From positions 992,001 through 1,056,000 of the forward strand of contig CDLV01000005.1 in NCBI GenBank assembly GCA_001244265.2: a stretch of DNA of 64,000 nt. The letters are read 5' to 3'. Below are positions 52,050-64,000 of this stretch, piece after piece. Every line of letters begins with the position of its first letter. Position 1 is the stretch's first letter. Made by a program: the position numbers and the translations under genes. The notes below the pieces were generated by a model. That model saw nothing but the letters and a program-made list of their open reading frames with translations, ran no database searches and had not been told where the DNA came from. The stretch is from Microbotryum violaceum. Lineage: Eukaryota.

Positions 52050-52482
52050 TGCTGAGGGTGTTGTGAGTTGGGGCGCGTGGAGGGAACGGAAAGGACAGGG
52101 GAGGACGCGACGTGACGAGCTCGTCGGCTCCGTCTGTCTGTCTGTCTCGGCGGTGATTAATTGATTTCCGCTATTAGTTTCCGCAGGCTTACGCTCTGGT
52201 TCCAGCTGTCGGCCTCTGAAGGCTTCTGAAGGCCTTCGCGCGCGCTTTCGTGTCGCCAGAGGCTGCTGTCTACAGCTCTCTCCGCTTCCCCTCTCGCTTG
52301 CTTCTGCGCGCCTAGTTAATCTCATTGTCAAGGCTTCGGTCCTCGCCTCGTCATCCTACGGCGTGCGCTGTCGAAACTCCCTCGCAGCCCGTCTTGGATC
52401 CCGCTGCTCCGACCCCACCGCCCGTACGACGTCTCAACGTAGCCCTCGTATGCGGTGACATCTCGGTCCTGTGGAATGGAGG

Positions 52483-55400
52483 ATGCCTAGTCCCGGTCTC
52501 GACTCCTACCTAGCACCGCTTCAACACCAACACGACCCACCATACTCACCGCCGAGTCAATTCGTCTCGCTCAGTCAACTGCACTCCGCACCCGCTGGTA
52601 TTCAGTTCACGAATATGAACATGACCGCTACTACGACCAACAATACCGCCGATTCTACCGGTCGATGTGCCAAAAATGGGTCCGAGACGCCCTCCATCTC
52701 GTCCGTCGCGTCCTCTTCGGCTTTGTCGCTCGATGATCCTCCTCCGAACGGGGACGCCCACGACGACGGCGACGAAGACGATGACGATGACGGCAACGAG
52801 GAGTTGTACGTCGTCGAAAAAATCATGGATGACATCCAATCATCGAATGGGGAATCCCTCTATCGTGTAGCAAGTAACACGTTTTTCCTTGCACGGTTTT
52901 GTGTTCCGTGGAGCTGACCTTTCTCTGGCCGCGCCTCCAATAGAGATGGCACGGGTACGGACCGCAAGACGACACGTGGGAACCGGCCATCAGTTTTGCT
53001 GGTACTGCCGATGCCATCCTCACTCAATACCAACGTACAAAGGCCAAGAAAACAAAGATGTCTCCGGCAGCTCTCACCCCGAGTTCCAAGACAAGTCGGA
53101 AATCGACCCCAGCCAAGACGACGACGACCAAGAAGAAGGCCATCAGCCCAGCAACCGCCAAGGCGAAACAACCCGCACGACCAAGAGGACCACCAAAAGG
53201 GGGCGAGGAAAAGAGCGTCGAGGCATCCTCAGAGGTCAACACTCGTCAATCGAGCGGCTCTCAACCTCCTGAACAACCATCGAGCACCCTGCGTGTTAGG
53301 CTTAAGAACCAGCAGCAAAGCGCATCACTCGAGCCTTCTTCGAATACAACCCCTTCTGTGTCGAAACAGGCTGTGGCTTCGAAACCCAAGAATGTACCTC
53401 CTTCGTCGGAAGATGACACGGCCTTCTCCCGACCGTCAGACGGGCTTGCTCATAGTCAGAGGGAGAGGGAGGAGCAAGCTGCGGGCATACAAATCAACGG
53501 TGATGCACGGCAGCAAGCGGGAAACATTGGAATTCAGGTACCTGTACCAGTAGAAAATCTGCCTGTTGTAGCGATGAAGAATGGCACGACTTCGGATGGG
53601 AAACGGGCCAGGAATGAGAGCTCAGAGGAGCCTGAGGAAACACTGGTGCGTCCGTCGCGTCCAGAGATCTCAAGTGTGCTGCGTACTGATCCTGTGGGTA
53701 TGCTGATCAAGCAGCTGGTAGCTAGCAAAAAGTCCAGACCTGCACCGAGCAAGGCTGGGTCCCGAGAGGTTTCGTCGTACGTGTAGGCTTTGACGTATCT
53801 TTGCGCCAGTGCTAACGATCTGCCTATTTCACAGATCTTCGAAGGCGCCGACACCGTCAACCATGCGGCCGAGCGCACAAAACCCACCCAGCGTTCCCGC
53901 TCCACCAGCTTCCCCCAAACTCGCTTCTGGTGTACAGGCAGGCTCAAAATTTGCACGACGACCGGCACCTACCGAAGCGCCTCGGGCCAAAGCCCCTGTG
54001 CCAGCCCCTGTCCGGACGGTCTCCTCGTCCTACGAACGCATGATGCAGCAATCCACGCTATTCAAGCAACTACCGAAAGCCAAGAAGAATCCGACATGCG
54101 CCCCACCCCCACCCCCAGCTCCCGCAAGCACAGCCGCTCCAATTGCGAAAGGGCCTCAACCAGTGCAGCCCAAACAGGGCTTGGGGCTGGGACCGGCCTG
54201 GTCCATGCCACCTCCGAGCCTGACGGCAGTAGCAGGTTCCATGTTGCGACCTTCGGCCTCCTCCGGTGAGGTTGCGGCCCCACGGCAACTGTCACCGGCC
54301 TTTCGGCAAGACTCGCCTGGCCTCCTGCTTTCACCCGGACGGGACTCGATCAACGGCGTGCAGCGCCGGGTGGCAGGACCTTTCAGTGCCGATGCGGCTG
54401 CTGAGAGAGCCAAGATGGCGGAAAGAGCGGTTGATCCAAGGCACCGCGGGTCCACGGTACCGCCTCAGGGATTACGAGCAGGTTCCGTTGCGCCGACCAA
54501 CAGCGCTACGAAACGAACTCGATCTCGGGAAGAGTTCATAACGAACATTACGGAACAGCTTCGACCTTTTCAGGAGACGCGCGTGTATCGATTCCACGCG
54601 GAGGCGTTCGAGAACCTTTCGATTGAGGCCGCATGTGCCAAGATGATCGGCATGGATTTGATGCTGGCCAGTATGCTCAGAGGGTGGGCCGACTTCCTTC
54701 GAGCGTGATGAGCGTCGCTACAGAGTGCTGACTTTTTGCGGGAGGCGTCGTCTACCAGACGAATGGTTTTGGCGATGACCACTCGACAAAATGATCCCGA
54801 GGACAACGCCGAATGTCAGGCCCTGTCTAGTCTCCTCACTGCGAGCGGATGTCAAATGCCGCCTACGCTCCCTGGAGGCACGCTTGGTCCCCCTGAATAC
54901 GTGTTCGTGCATCGCAACCAACCGTTGGCGAGACCAGAGCTGTCGGATTGGGTCAAACGCGTGCCGTATATACCCATTTACCTATTCGGCGACAGGAAGC
55001 CGACGGTGCCCGTGCTACTGGGCGGCTTTGAGATCACCCCGAGCTTGGCGGCGCTAAACGATACTGGAAATCGTGACACGTTCATCAATTTCTTCGCGAT
55101 GTATGCTACAACGTCGACGGTATTTGTTCACCCTTTGACGTTACTGTGGTCACGCGCTCACAGTCCGCTGCTGTGAGTAGGATCTTCAGCGTGGTAGATC
55201 CGAACTGGTGCTGACCTTGTTCAACGAGGCCCTCTGTCTCAGTGCCCTACGCACCCTCTCGATGATGCACAACAACTCCGGAGTCGAGTTGACGGAGGCG
55301 AACCGAATTGAGGGCGGCTCTATCCTGCGTGAAACAAACGAGGACAAGTTTCGCGAATCGTTGCTTTGGTCCAAGCCCGGTCCGAGTGATCGTGAACTCG

Positions 55401-55781
55401 CGCAGGAGATCTTTGAAGGAGCGGGTCAGTCGGGGATCTCGATCTCGTCCGGCGTGTGCACCGCTGACAGAAAAGGGTTGATGACCATTCGACAGGTGCT
55501 TCCTTTTCTGCCGAAATGGAAGCGAAGGAGATCTTGCTCGCTTTATCCCCGATGATCTCAACCGAACGCTTGCAGTCGGCGCATCGTCGCAAGGTGCTCG
55601 TGTGTGATCGGAGTACGACCAAGCTTGAGCAGGACGCCCGTAATTATGCGGCAAGTCAGCCGTGCAAATAGTTCACTTGGATGTAAAGGGACTGATTTAT
55701 TTACTCCTGTGGCCTCCATTATAGGTGGAAGTGATGACGTGGACGCAGCTGCGCGCGGCGATGGAGGAATCGTTCTTCTGA
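52483..55781 (+). CDS. Chromodomain protein (multi-exon)
   Basis: ELYVVEKIMDD..LYR|.WHGYGPQDDTWEP chromodomain, long disordered middle, folded C-terminal region. Confidence 0.8.
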
Positions 55782-56071
55782 GACGCTTATCATCGTCCCG
55801 ATACCTTGTGTTGTTGATTTAGATCAGCGTTCTTGCATCGCAGTTGGAAATTAAGGCTGTAAGCTGTAATGTATACCACCTTATGCCATCCTTCCGATAT
55901 CCAGCCTGACTCGGCTTGGACTTGGACCGGCCGCTGGAACTCACGCGCACGGTGACAGTACGGTGACACTACGGTGACGCGCGCGAATCCAGTTCGGTCA
56001 GGAGCACGACGGCGGGTGCTTTCTTCCCTTCCGGCCATCCTCGTCGTGCAGCACACTCGCACTCGGCCAGC

Positions 56072-58275
56072 ATGACCGACCCCACCCACGCTACCCTTCG
56101 AAGACGAAAGGACGAGCCTCTCGATGGAGCACAAGCCAGCACGCGCCAAGAAATAGCTGTGGGAGACGCCGAGTCGAGCAGCACGGCCCCAGCTGACGCG
56201 ACGTCATCGTCACCTTCGTCCGAGCCATCGACGCCCTCGTCGCCTTCGTCGTCGCATCATCAACCGCACTACGGCGCACCTCTACGACCGACCCTATCCC
56301 GCTCAGCAACGAACGACTCGCCCACAGCCTCGTTCGAGCTCTCGGACGACGAGCCCATCTTCTCCGGTCTGCCCCTGCTGGACCTCTTCGTGCTCGTCGA
56401 CGCCCACCTCGAACTCTGGACGCGCGGGATCCGCCGCAAATCCGCCGACTGGCGTTCCAAAGCGGACAAGCTCGTCGAGGAATCCAAAGCCCGAGCTCAG
56501 AGGATCAAGTTGCCGCGAGTCGCGAGCGAGACGTTCCTCAATGGGATGAGGAGCGAGGAGAGTAATGGGGTGCTGAGCAGTCGCGATCGGGAACGACTGG
56601 AGAAGAGGGTCAGGGAGGTCAGGGCGAATGCCAAGGAACAGATGAGGAGGTTGAATCAGAAGTGGGAGCAGGAGTAAGGGCTTTCCATTCATTTTCCAGT
56701 ATCGCGGGCAGTGGGCTGCCGTGGTCATCGAAGCCGAGACGGATCACTCTGGCGCAGACAGCTAATCGCTGGCGGTTTACTCTTGATCCTCGCTGAGCAG
56801 GAAGACTGTCCGGCTACGTGACAAGGTAAGGACCATCTCACGTACTCACGCGTCAGGTCACTGGGGACCGGGCAGTCAGGGCTTATCTATCGAGGACCGA
56901 GTTTCCAAGGCGCCGAGGTGGTCAATTTGCTAACCCTCTTCATGGCCTACCGCATCAGATCTCCTTCTTCTCAGGTGTCATGAATGTTCTGATCTCGGCT
57001 CTGCTTCTTGGATTCGAGCCGACCTGGATTCCCGCATGGTATAGCGCCCAAGTGATGGCCTATCTGCCCTTGCGCGTCTACACGTACAAGAAGCGGTCCT
57101 ATCACTAGTCAGTTGCCAGCGAATCCCGCCCAGTCGAGTGATGTTCGCCCGAGCTGACTTCACTTGTATGTTCCCAGCTTCCTGTTCGATCTGTGCGCTC
57201 ATAATCATCGTTCACTCGCGATGAAATATCTCGGCTGGGTGTGTTCATGTTTGAAGTTTTCTCTTCTTCTTCTCTCAGGTGCTACGCCATCAACGGCCTC
57301 TGCCTTGTTTATGTAAGTCATTGAACCTCCTCCCGGTCACCTCTCTGAACTCAACAATATGTGCTCTCCTCCCAGCTATGGATCTTGCCCGGGAATGTAT
57401 TCCTCTTCCAAGCTTGTTATGGCTTAGCGCTTGGCTCGCTTGGAACGGCGATCGCTACTTGGCGCAACTCGCTTGTGTTCCATTCGCTCGACAAGGTCAT
57501 CTCCCTCGCCATCCACATTTTTCCTCCCTTCGTCTTCACGACGATCCGTCACTTTTACCCCAATGCCGAGGCTCGATACCCAGCGCTTGTCCACCTACCC
57601 GATCTTCAGTCGTGGTCTGCGCGATGGAAGAGCATGGCCGTGTGCATGTTCACCTATCTCATCTGGCAGGCGCTCTACTTCCAGTACATTATCGTCGCTC
57701 GCAAGGAAAAAATTAAGCAAGGACGCGCGACCTCATTCACGTTCCTCATCAACGACCGCAAGCGGTTGATCGGCAAGATCGCGGCCAAGGTGCGACCCGA
57801 ACGACGCGAAGCCGCTTTCATCTTTGGTCAAGCCGTCTACACGCTCGTGACGCTCCTGATCCCCATTTTTGGGCTCTACGACTCCAAGTTCTGGTCGTCC
57901 ATCTACCTGCTCACGCTCTTCGCGGTGTCGGTATGGAACGGCGCGTCGTTCTACATGGAGGTGTTTGCGCGCAAGTTCGAAAAGGAGTTGATCGCGTTGC
58001 GGCGCGAGTTCGAGGCGCAGCAAGAGATCTTGTCCAAAACTTCGAGTGGGATCTTGGGGGCGGGAAGTGTCGACATGTCGAGGAGTGCGAGTCAGGCTGA
58101 CTTGCCTACGACGGTTGCCGAGGTCGACGACGAGGTCGACGAGCGTGAAAAGGCAGACGGAGCAGAGATGGATGGGGAGGCTTCTGGAGTGTTGGTCGAA
58201 GGTGTAGCAGGTCAAGACTTGGTCATGGTCGATAAAGAGGCCACCGCTGCGCATGAAGCTGCCGATAGGGGGTGA
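56072..58275 (+). CDS. GPC1: Glycerophosphocholine acyltransferase (DUF2838)
   Basis: LGSLGTAIATWRNSLVFHSLDKVISLAIHIFP, YLIWQALYF, RATSF, SVWNGASFYMEVFARKFEKEL. Confidence 0.9.
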
Positions 58276-58579
58276 GTGATTATCCATGAGCCCCTATTCA
58301 TCCTGATTCTGTTGTATATTGGTTCGGGAGGACTTGACTGTTTCGAGGCTTGCTTTGCTACCTGCTGTGAAAATATTGGCCATGTGTCTCCATCCTTCGG
58401 TCCTTCGGTGCTGAATGGTGGCAGAGAAGAATTAGAGCGACGTCTGTGCCGGACTGGTGCGACCAAGGCCTGCTGCCGGAGAAGGTTCGTGCGAGCAGCC
58501 AGCCCGATCTGAGCAGTCGGCGGGCACTTTGACGGGCTTCAACTCATCCCCCACCCCGGCACCACCTCATCTCCTCGTC

Positions 58580-59565
58580 ATGGCCGTAAGCATCTTCTCC
58601 GCCGAGCATGTACCACCAATAACCACCACCACAAGCTCATCCTCTGCTGTTGATTCCTGCATGCAGGCTCGTGTCGTTCTTTCGCAAACGCTCGCTCGCG
58701 TCGCACCGGCCTCAACACGGTACATTGGCCCGGTCTGAAGGGGTTTCGCTCACTTCGATCGGTACTGACCAGCTGCATCTCATCATAAACTTCCCCCAGG
58801 ACACTCGCCCCTTGCTGGTCCGCAGCGCGATCGTTCTGCAGCTCTTCCTCCTCGCGAGCCGAAGCGACCTCGACCGCCGCTTCCTCGACACCACCGCCGC
58901 CGCCTTCCAACTTGTCCCCCAGGATCTCGCAGATCGTAGACCAGATCTCGACTTTGACCCTGTTGGAGGCCGCCGATCTCGTTGATGCTCTCAAGGTGCG
59001 ATTTCGCAATTATCGAGCCAGGCCAGGATTCTGCTTACCCTGCTTCTGCACGCTGCTCGAGTGATCCCTTGAACTGAGCATCTCTTCTCCAACGCTGAAC
59101 CAGACACGACTCAACATCACCGACGTCGTGATGCCGACCATGGCCGGACCCTCAGCGAGCGCCGCCGCTGCGCCCGTCGCCGAGGAAGCCGCTGCGGCCG
59201 CACCAAAGGAGAAGACCGTGTTCAACGTCACGTTGAAGGCGATCGATGCCGCGCAAAAGGCCAAGGCAATCCGTGAGGTCAAGGCCTTGATGCCCAACAT
59301 GAACTTGGTCGAGGTCAGTCTCGAGGCGTTCGATGCAAGAACTTCCCGATCTTGCGCCAAACGACCGTGGTTCCGTATTCCATCGGACGGGACGGCCGAT
59401 ACTGACCTCAGATATCTTCGCTTCTCCCCTGTCTCCCTCGATCCACAGGCCAAAAAGTTCGTCGAGTCGTTGCCTAAGGTGCTGAAGGAAAATGCGACCA
59501 AGGAAGAAGGTGAAAAACTGCAGGCCTTGTTCAAGGCGATCGGCGCCGAGGCGACGCTCGAGTAG
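58580..59565 (+). CDS. MNP1: Mitochondrial ribosomal protein L7/L12 (bL12m)
   Basis: IVDQISTLTLLEAADLVDALK, EKTVFNVTLKAIDAAQKAKAIREVK, NLVE|AKKFVESLPKVLKEN..GAEATLE. Confidence 0.92.
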
Positions 59566-60211
59566 ACGCGTGGATCGGTGCACGGAGCCTTACTTGTAAT
59601 AAAGAGATATTTCGATTCTCAAAACCTGCCGTTATGGTCAAGCTTAGAGTTTGGTTCGGCCGGCCAACACATGGCGCGGTGATCGCGATCAGGCAACCGG
59701 AAAACTTGCTACTTTAGTGACGCCTCGCGCGAGACGGCAGGCTTGCGAACACACTTCGCTTACTTTCGCCTCTGGTATATATGCAGGACGAAGCTCGACA
59801 TGAAACGGAATCTCGTCTGTCATCTTTCGGCGCCAGAGGTGCCTTCGAGAGATTCTTCGGTCCCTCTCTGAGCCGAGCAAGAAGAGGGGAAAATAGGGCG
59901 GTCACACATGGTCATAACCAGAAGAAAGCTATGCTACCAAGCTAATGACGGTAGAAAGGTCTTTTAAGAAAAGCGATAAATGAGAACGAGAACGATAAAC
60001 CGGTGGACCTAAAGAACCCAAATTAACAAGACACGAAAACTACGTTTGCGAATGCGATGGAGTAAAAGAGAAAGGAGAAAGTGGACTATATACACAACAA
60101 CGAGCCCTTACAAGGGGCAATGCGATGCGAGGTCGGAATAACCCAAGAGGGTGAAGAGTCTGGGGGATGAGGGCTGGTCGGAAGAGAAGTCTGCAGCAAA
60201 GGTAGGGTAGC

Positions 60212-62342
60212 TCATGCGCAGCACCATCCTGCGGTTGCAGGGTTGGGCGTGTCATCCCGCAACATGATTGAGCCGCGGCTGCGCAGGATGCGAGCCGATT
60301 CGATCTGCGCTTTGCGTTCCACCAGTCGCTGTGTGATGTGAACAAACATCTCCTCCACGCCTAGAAACATATTGTAAGTCGTCGTTCGTCAGCATCTGTT
60401 TGGTCCACACCTGACTGACGGAGCCGTATTCGGGAATGACTCACCGATGTCATCCTTGGCGCTGACTTCAGTCACTTCGATGGGGCAGTCATTGACGAGG
60501 CGATCGATACGAGCCGCCTCTTCCCTCTCCACGTCTTCGGCAGCCCGGCGTTCATCATCCTCGTTCCGACTCCTGCTTCGACCGGCGAGCCCCAATGATC
60601 CTAGGCTCAGGCTCATCTTGCTGCCACTGCGACTCATGTTCTCGCTCGTCGGCGCCAACGAATCGTGCACACTCAGCGTACTCGAGCTGTTCGTCCCGAG
60701 ACCGATGGTACCTCCTGATGGCGCGTTGGTAGCGGCAAGCGTTGCGACGGTTGGTAAACTACCCAGCTTTGTGCTCATCTTGCGAACCCGTGCACCCAAC
60801 GAGTCGTGGACGGGCTGGGCAGTCGACAGTGGGCTGAGGGGTGATGTCGTTGCGATCGTGGAACCGTTGGGGATGAGAGGTCCTGGAATACTTCCCTGTC
60901 GTGCTCGTGTTGACGCTCGGGATCGATTGGGCGACGAAGGTGAGCTCTCCCGCTCACGAGCGTTTAGTGGGGTGTCGTCGTCGCCGCGATCGAGCTCGTC
61001 GGCCCACTGTGCGATTTGGCGCTGCGCATCGACGAGTTTGACTTGACGTTGGCCTGTCAAATCCAGCTTCGACCCAACCACGTGGATGATAAGATCCCGG
61101 GCCATGTTTCTGCGCAGTTCTGTACGGGGCAGAGCATGGGTGTGAATAATAAAACCGAGTATTGATCGCGCCGACGCTGTCTCTTACCATCCATCCATAA
61201 CCGGATGTCCAAGAAACTTTTTTCGTTCGTGATATCGTACACCAATATGGCTGCTAGTGCGCCTCGATAGTATAGAGGAGCTGTGGACATCCACAAGTCA
61301 GCATTGCGCGCCATCCAACCTCCACATCCGGTGCGTACTCACCCATGCTACGGAAGCGCTCCTGCCCGGCCGTGTCCCAGATCTGCAACCGCACCTTGCA
61401 GCCTTCAACCACCAATCGCTTGGCCAAGAAGCTTGCACCGATGGTCGACGTGAGCGAGTAACTGAAAACACCCGTTGTGTACCGGTGGACGAGCGAGGTC
61501 TTGCCAACGCCTTGGCTGCCGACTGATCGTGGGGGAGCAGTGGTCCCGACGTCAGCCATGACCTCCCGTTCACACACTCGGCTGCACAGCGTATGAGACT
61601 CACGGATTACGACTTTGGCCTCGAGCTGGTTCGCTGGGTCTCCACCAGGTGGGCTCTGCGGGTTGCCAACTGTGAGCGAGTTGGGCCCGTAATTCTTGGT
61701 CGACTGCCGCCTCGCGCGAGGCGGTCTTGCATGGTTCTGCACGGCGGGGGAGGTGACGATGGTGGGGGGAGAAGGTGTTCGTGACAGACTCGGCTGTGTG
61801 CGGTGTCGCTTCGAGGTCGTCGGCGTGCCTTGCTCGTCGATGTCCTCAGGCGCGCTATGTGGGGTGGCAGAGGTCGACGCTGCTGAGGGGTCTGCGGGGA
61901 TCTCGGCGATGGCAGGGAACCGGAACGTGGTCGGGGAAGCAATGGTGACGGATACGTTGGAGTCGATGGTGGGGAAGAAGGGTTGCGGGTTCGCGTTCGA
62001 CGTCGTGGCCGATCCGACGAGTTCGGAAGGCGACTGATCGATCGCGACTGTTGGAATCGCAGTCGTCCCAAGCTCCGAGATGGCCGGTATGAAGCGTTCC
62101 TGTGCCTTGAGGGTCGCGGTCGAGAGGGACAGCGACGTGACGGGGGTTGGGGATGCCGGTATAGGTGCAATACGAGGCGATACGGGCGAGGCGTCGTCAT
62201 CGTCGTCGGTAGTCAGTGAGCCGGACCCGCTGGTCGAGCTAGAACGCGAAGACACGCCGCTGGGATTCGCGGCGGCCCAGGTCGGTGAGACCGAGACCGG
62301 CACCGACACCGGCTGCAATGGCGCATCGAGGAGGATGGCCAT
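60212..62342 (-). CDS. Atypical Rab-family GTPase (Rab5/Rab21-like) with long N-terminal extension and internal insertion
   Basis: GSQGVGKTS, STIGASF, IWDTAGQERFRSM|APLYYRGA, VVGSKLD, EVSAKD, C-terminal WCCA* prenylation motif. Confidence 0.88.
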
Positions 62343-63412
62343 CGTGTGGCACAACAAAGCCGGGTGAGTCACGTTCTAGTAGGTAGATGCACGGGGGTGA
62401 CACGTCCGGGTGGAGATCACGCTCGGTCCAACAGCTGCACTTGTAACTCGATCTGGAGCACCGCACCCGAGTCGCACCCGCGCCTGTGCAAGCTCTACTT
62501 GGCGAACGCGGTGTCGCGCGCGATCAACGTGGCGCACGCAGACGGATCGCAAGTGCACACGAAGGAGAGGTTGTGAGACCCGAAGGCGGTGGGTGTGGCA
62601 GAAGTGAGATAGGGTATCGAGCGTCGAGGGACGGCAAGTGGGTACACGTCTCGTTCCCAACAGCGGCGGCGATCTGCCCTCAAAGAGCAGCACGCACGGT
62701 CGTCGGCTGTGAACGTCCGGCACGCGTGACGGCAATTTAGCACGGGGTCCTCACCGCTTCGAGAAGATCGATGCAACTGTAGCGCCTACCTAGTGCACCG
62801 TCGCGATCGTCAGCCAAAGCAGAACCTGTAGCAAAGGTACCTGCTACCCGAAGTACCGAGGTACCGAGGTACTGGACTCGAGCGCGAGCACAACGCCACA
62901 AGGTGGACGAGGTGGGAAGGAAGGAACCCACCGCCGTTCAACGTTCAACGTTCAACAATGCCCAGCGACGGCTCCCAGCGCGATATTATTGAAAAGAGGC
63001 CCCTGCCAGCCGGCCAGCGTGGCCAGCCCCTGCCCAGCCCAGTCGACCTCGAGCTCGTCGGCGTGTCAACAGTTCTTTTCATGGGCGCGGGCGCGGCCTC
63101 GTAGGCGCCCGAAGCTTTCGAGGATTCTGATTGCTCCTTTGCAAATTCAGCGCCCGAAAGGCTACGGGGCTGATTGGTTTTCTTCTGCTTCTGTTTTTGG
63201 CTCCAGCCGGCCATTGGCAAGCTCGAAGAGGAGCGCGTTGCGCTCTGGCGCATTCCAAGTTCTGCGTTAAGCTCCGAGATGCACCGAGTGTCAACTCGAA
63301 TCCACTATGCGCCGATAATCAGGTTTCCGGCGTGGACCTCTGACTCCGTTCAGAGCACATAAGGACCTTTGGCTGCCACCCTTGAACATTCGGACGTGTA
63401 CGTTTCTCACGC

Positions 63413-63736
63413 CTAATCGAACTTGCGCGTGCGGCGCACGCCGGCGGCAACTGACGTCACTGCACCTTCGTCAAAGCAGGGGCTGTCGGCGTCGGTCCAC
63501 CGTCCCAGCTGGCAGCAGGCCAGCAGCCACGCACGTGCTGGGAGCGACTCGGAAGGTCGCTGAGGGGAGGATGCAGTACCGAAGCAAGTCAAAAGCCATG
63601 ACATAGAGGGTCTTTGTTTCCGGGTATGCCCGCACTCTTGATGTTGAATCACTGGCCCAAGGCCCCAAGCAACCGCCTGGATCAACTCCGGTGGCAACGA
63701 CAACAACAACGCGCATTCAATTCGGACTCCAAACAC
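63413..63736 (-). pseudogene. Possible F-box-like gene fragment
   Basis: LLSLPPELIQAVAWGL; no convincing continuation. Confidence 0.3.
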
Positions 63737-64000
63737 GGATCTCGATCGCGATCAGCGATCTTGATCATGTGACCCGCTAGCGCGCGCGCACACAGGCCAG
63801 GCGCCAAGGCGCCGCAGTTCAGCACCTCGCCACTGGCCCGTCATCGTCGAGGGTTGATTACTCTTGGGGAGAACAATCATTACAGATGCAAGTGAATAGT
63901 AAGGTTATTGACTATTGAATAGGCACAACAGTGGCCACAGAACCTGCGAGAACCTAGTTGGGTTCAAAGGACGACCTATACTCAAACAAACAAACTTCTG

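Overview
Gene-dense, intron-rich, GC-rich fungal DNA. It looks basidiomycete; gene and transposon style suggests a Microbotryomycete-like species (inference). Host genes recognisable from motifs: WRN-type 3'-5' exonuclease, carnosine N-methyltransferase, ETF-ubiquinone oxidoreductase, KRE6/SKN1, SPO11, sulfite reductase flavoprotein MET10, an MBOAT acyltransferase, a LisH/CTLH-WD40 protein, Atf1 bZIP factor, a vWA protein, DASH subunit Dad4, a chromodomain protein, GPC1, mitochondrial bL12 and an atypical Rab. Two mobile elements dominate. (1) An apparently complete ~9.6-kb Kyakuja-Dileera-Zisupton (KDZ) DNA transposon (2387-11971) with degenerate TIRs, a TCTCAA target duplication and cargo ORFs. 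(2) A ~6-kb endonuclease-less Penelope-like retroelement (33715-39688) at a chromosome-internal site. It has inverted ends that each carry a hammerhead ribozyme and end in the telomere-type hexamer TAACCC. It also has an internal repeat copy starting exactly at the ribozyme cleavage site, a possible splice switch between ORF1 and ORF1-RT, and a ~1.2-kb hairpin-dense non-coding tract after the telomerase-related RT. That RT plus structured RNA plus ribozyme module is the most interesting candidate system here. Exon boundaries were read by eye and are approximate.
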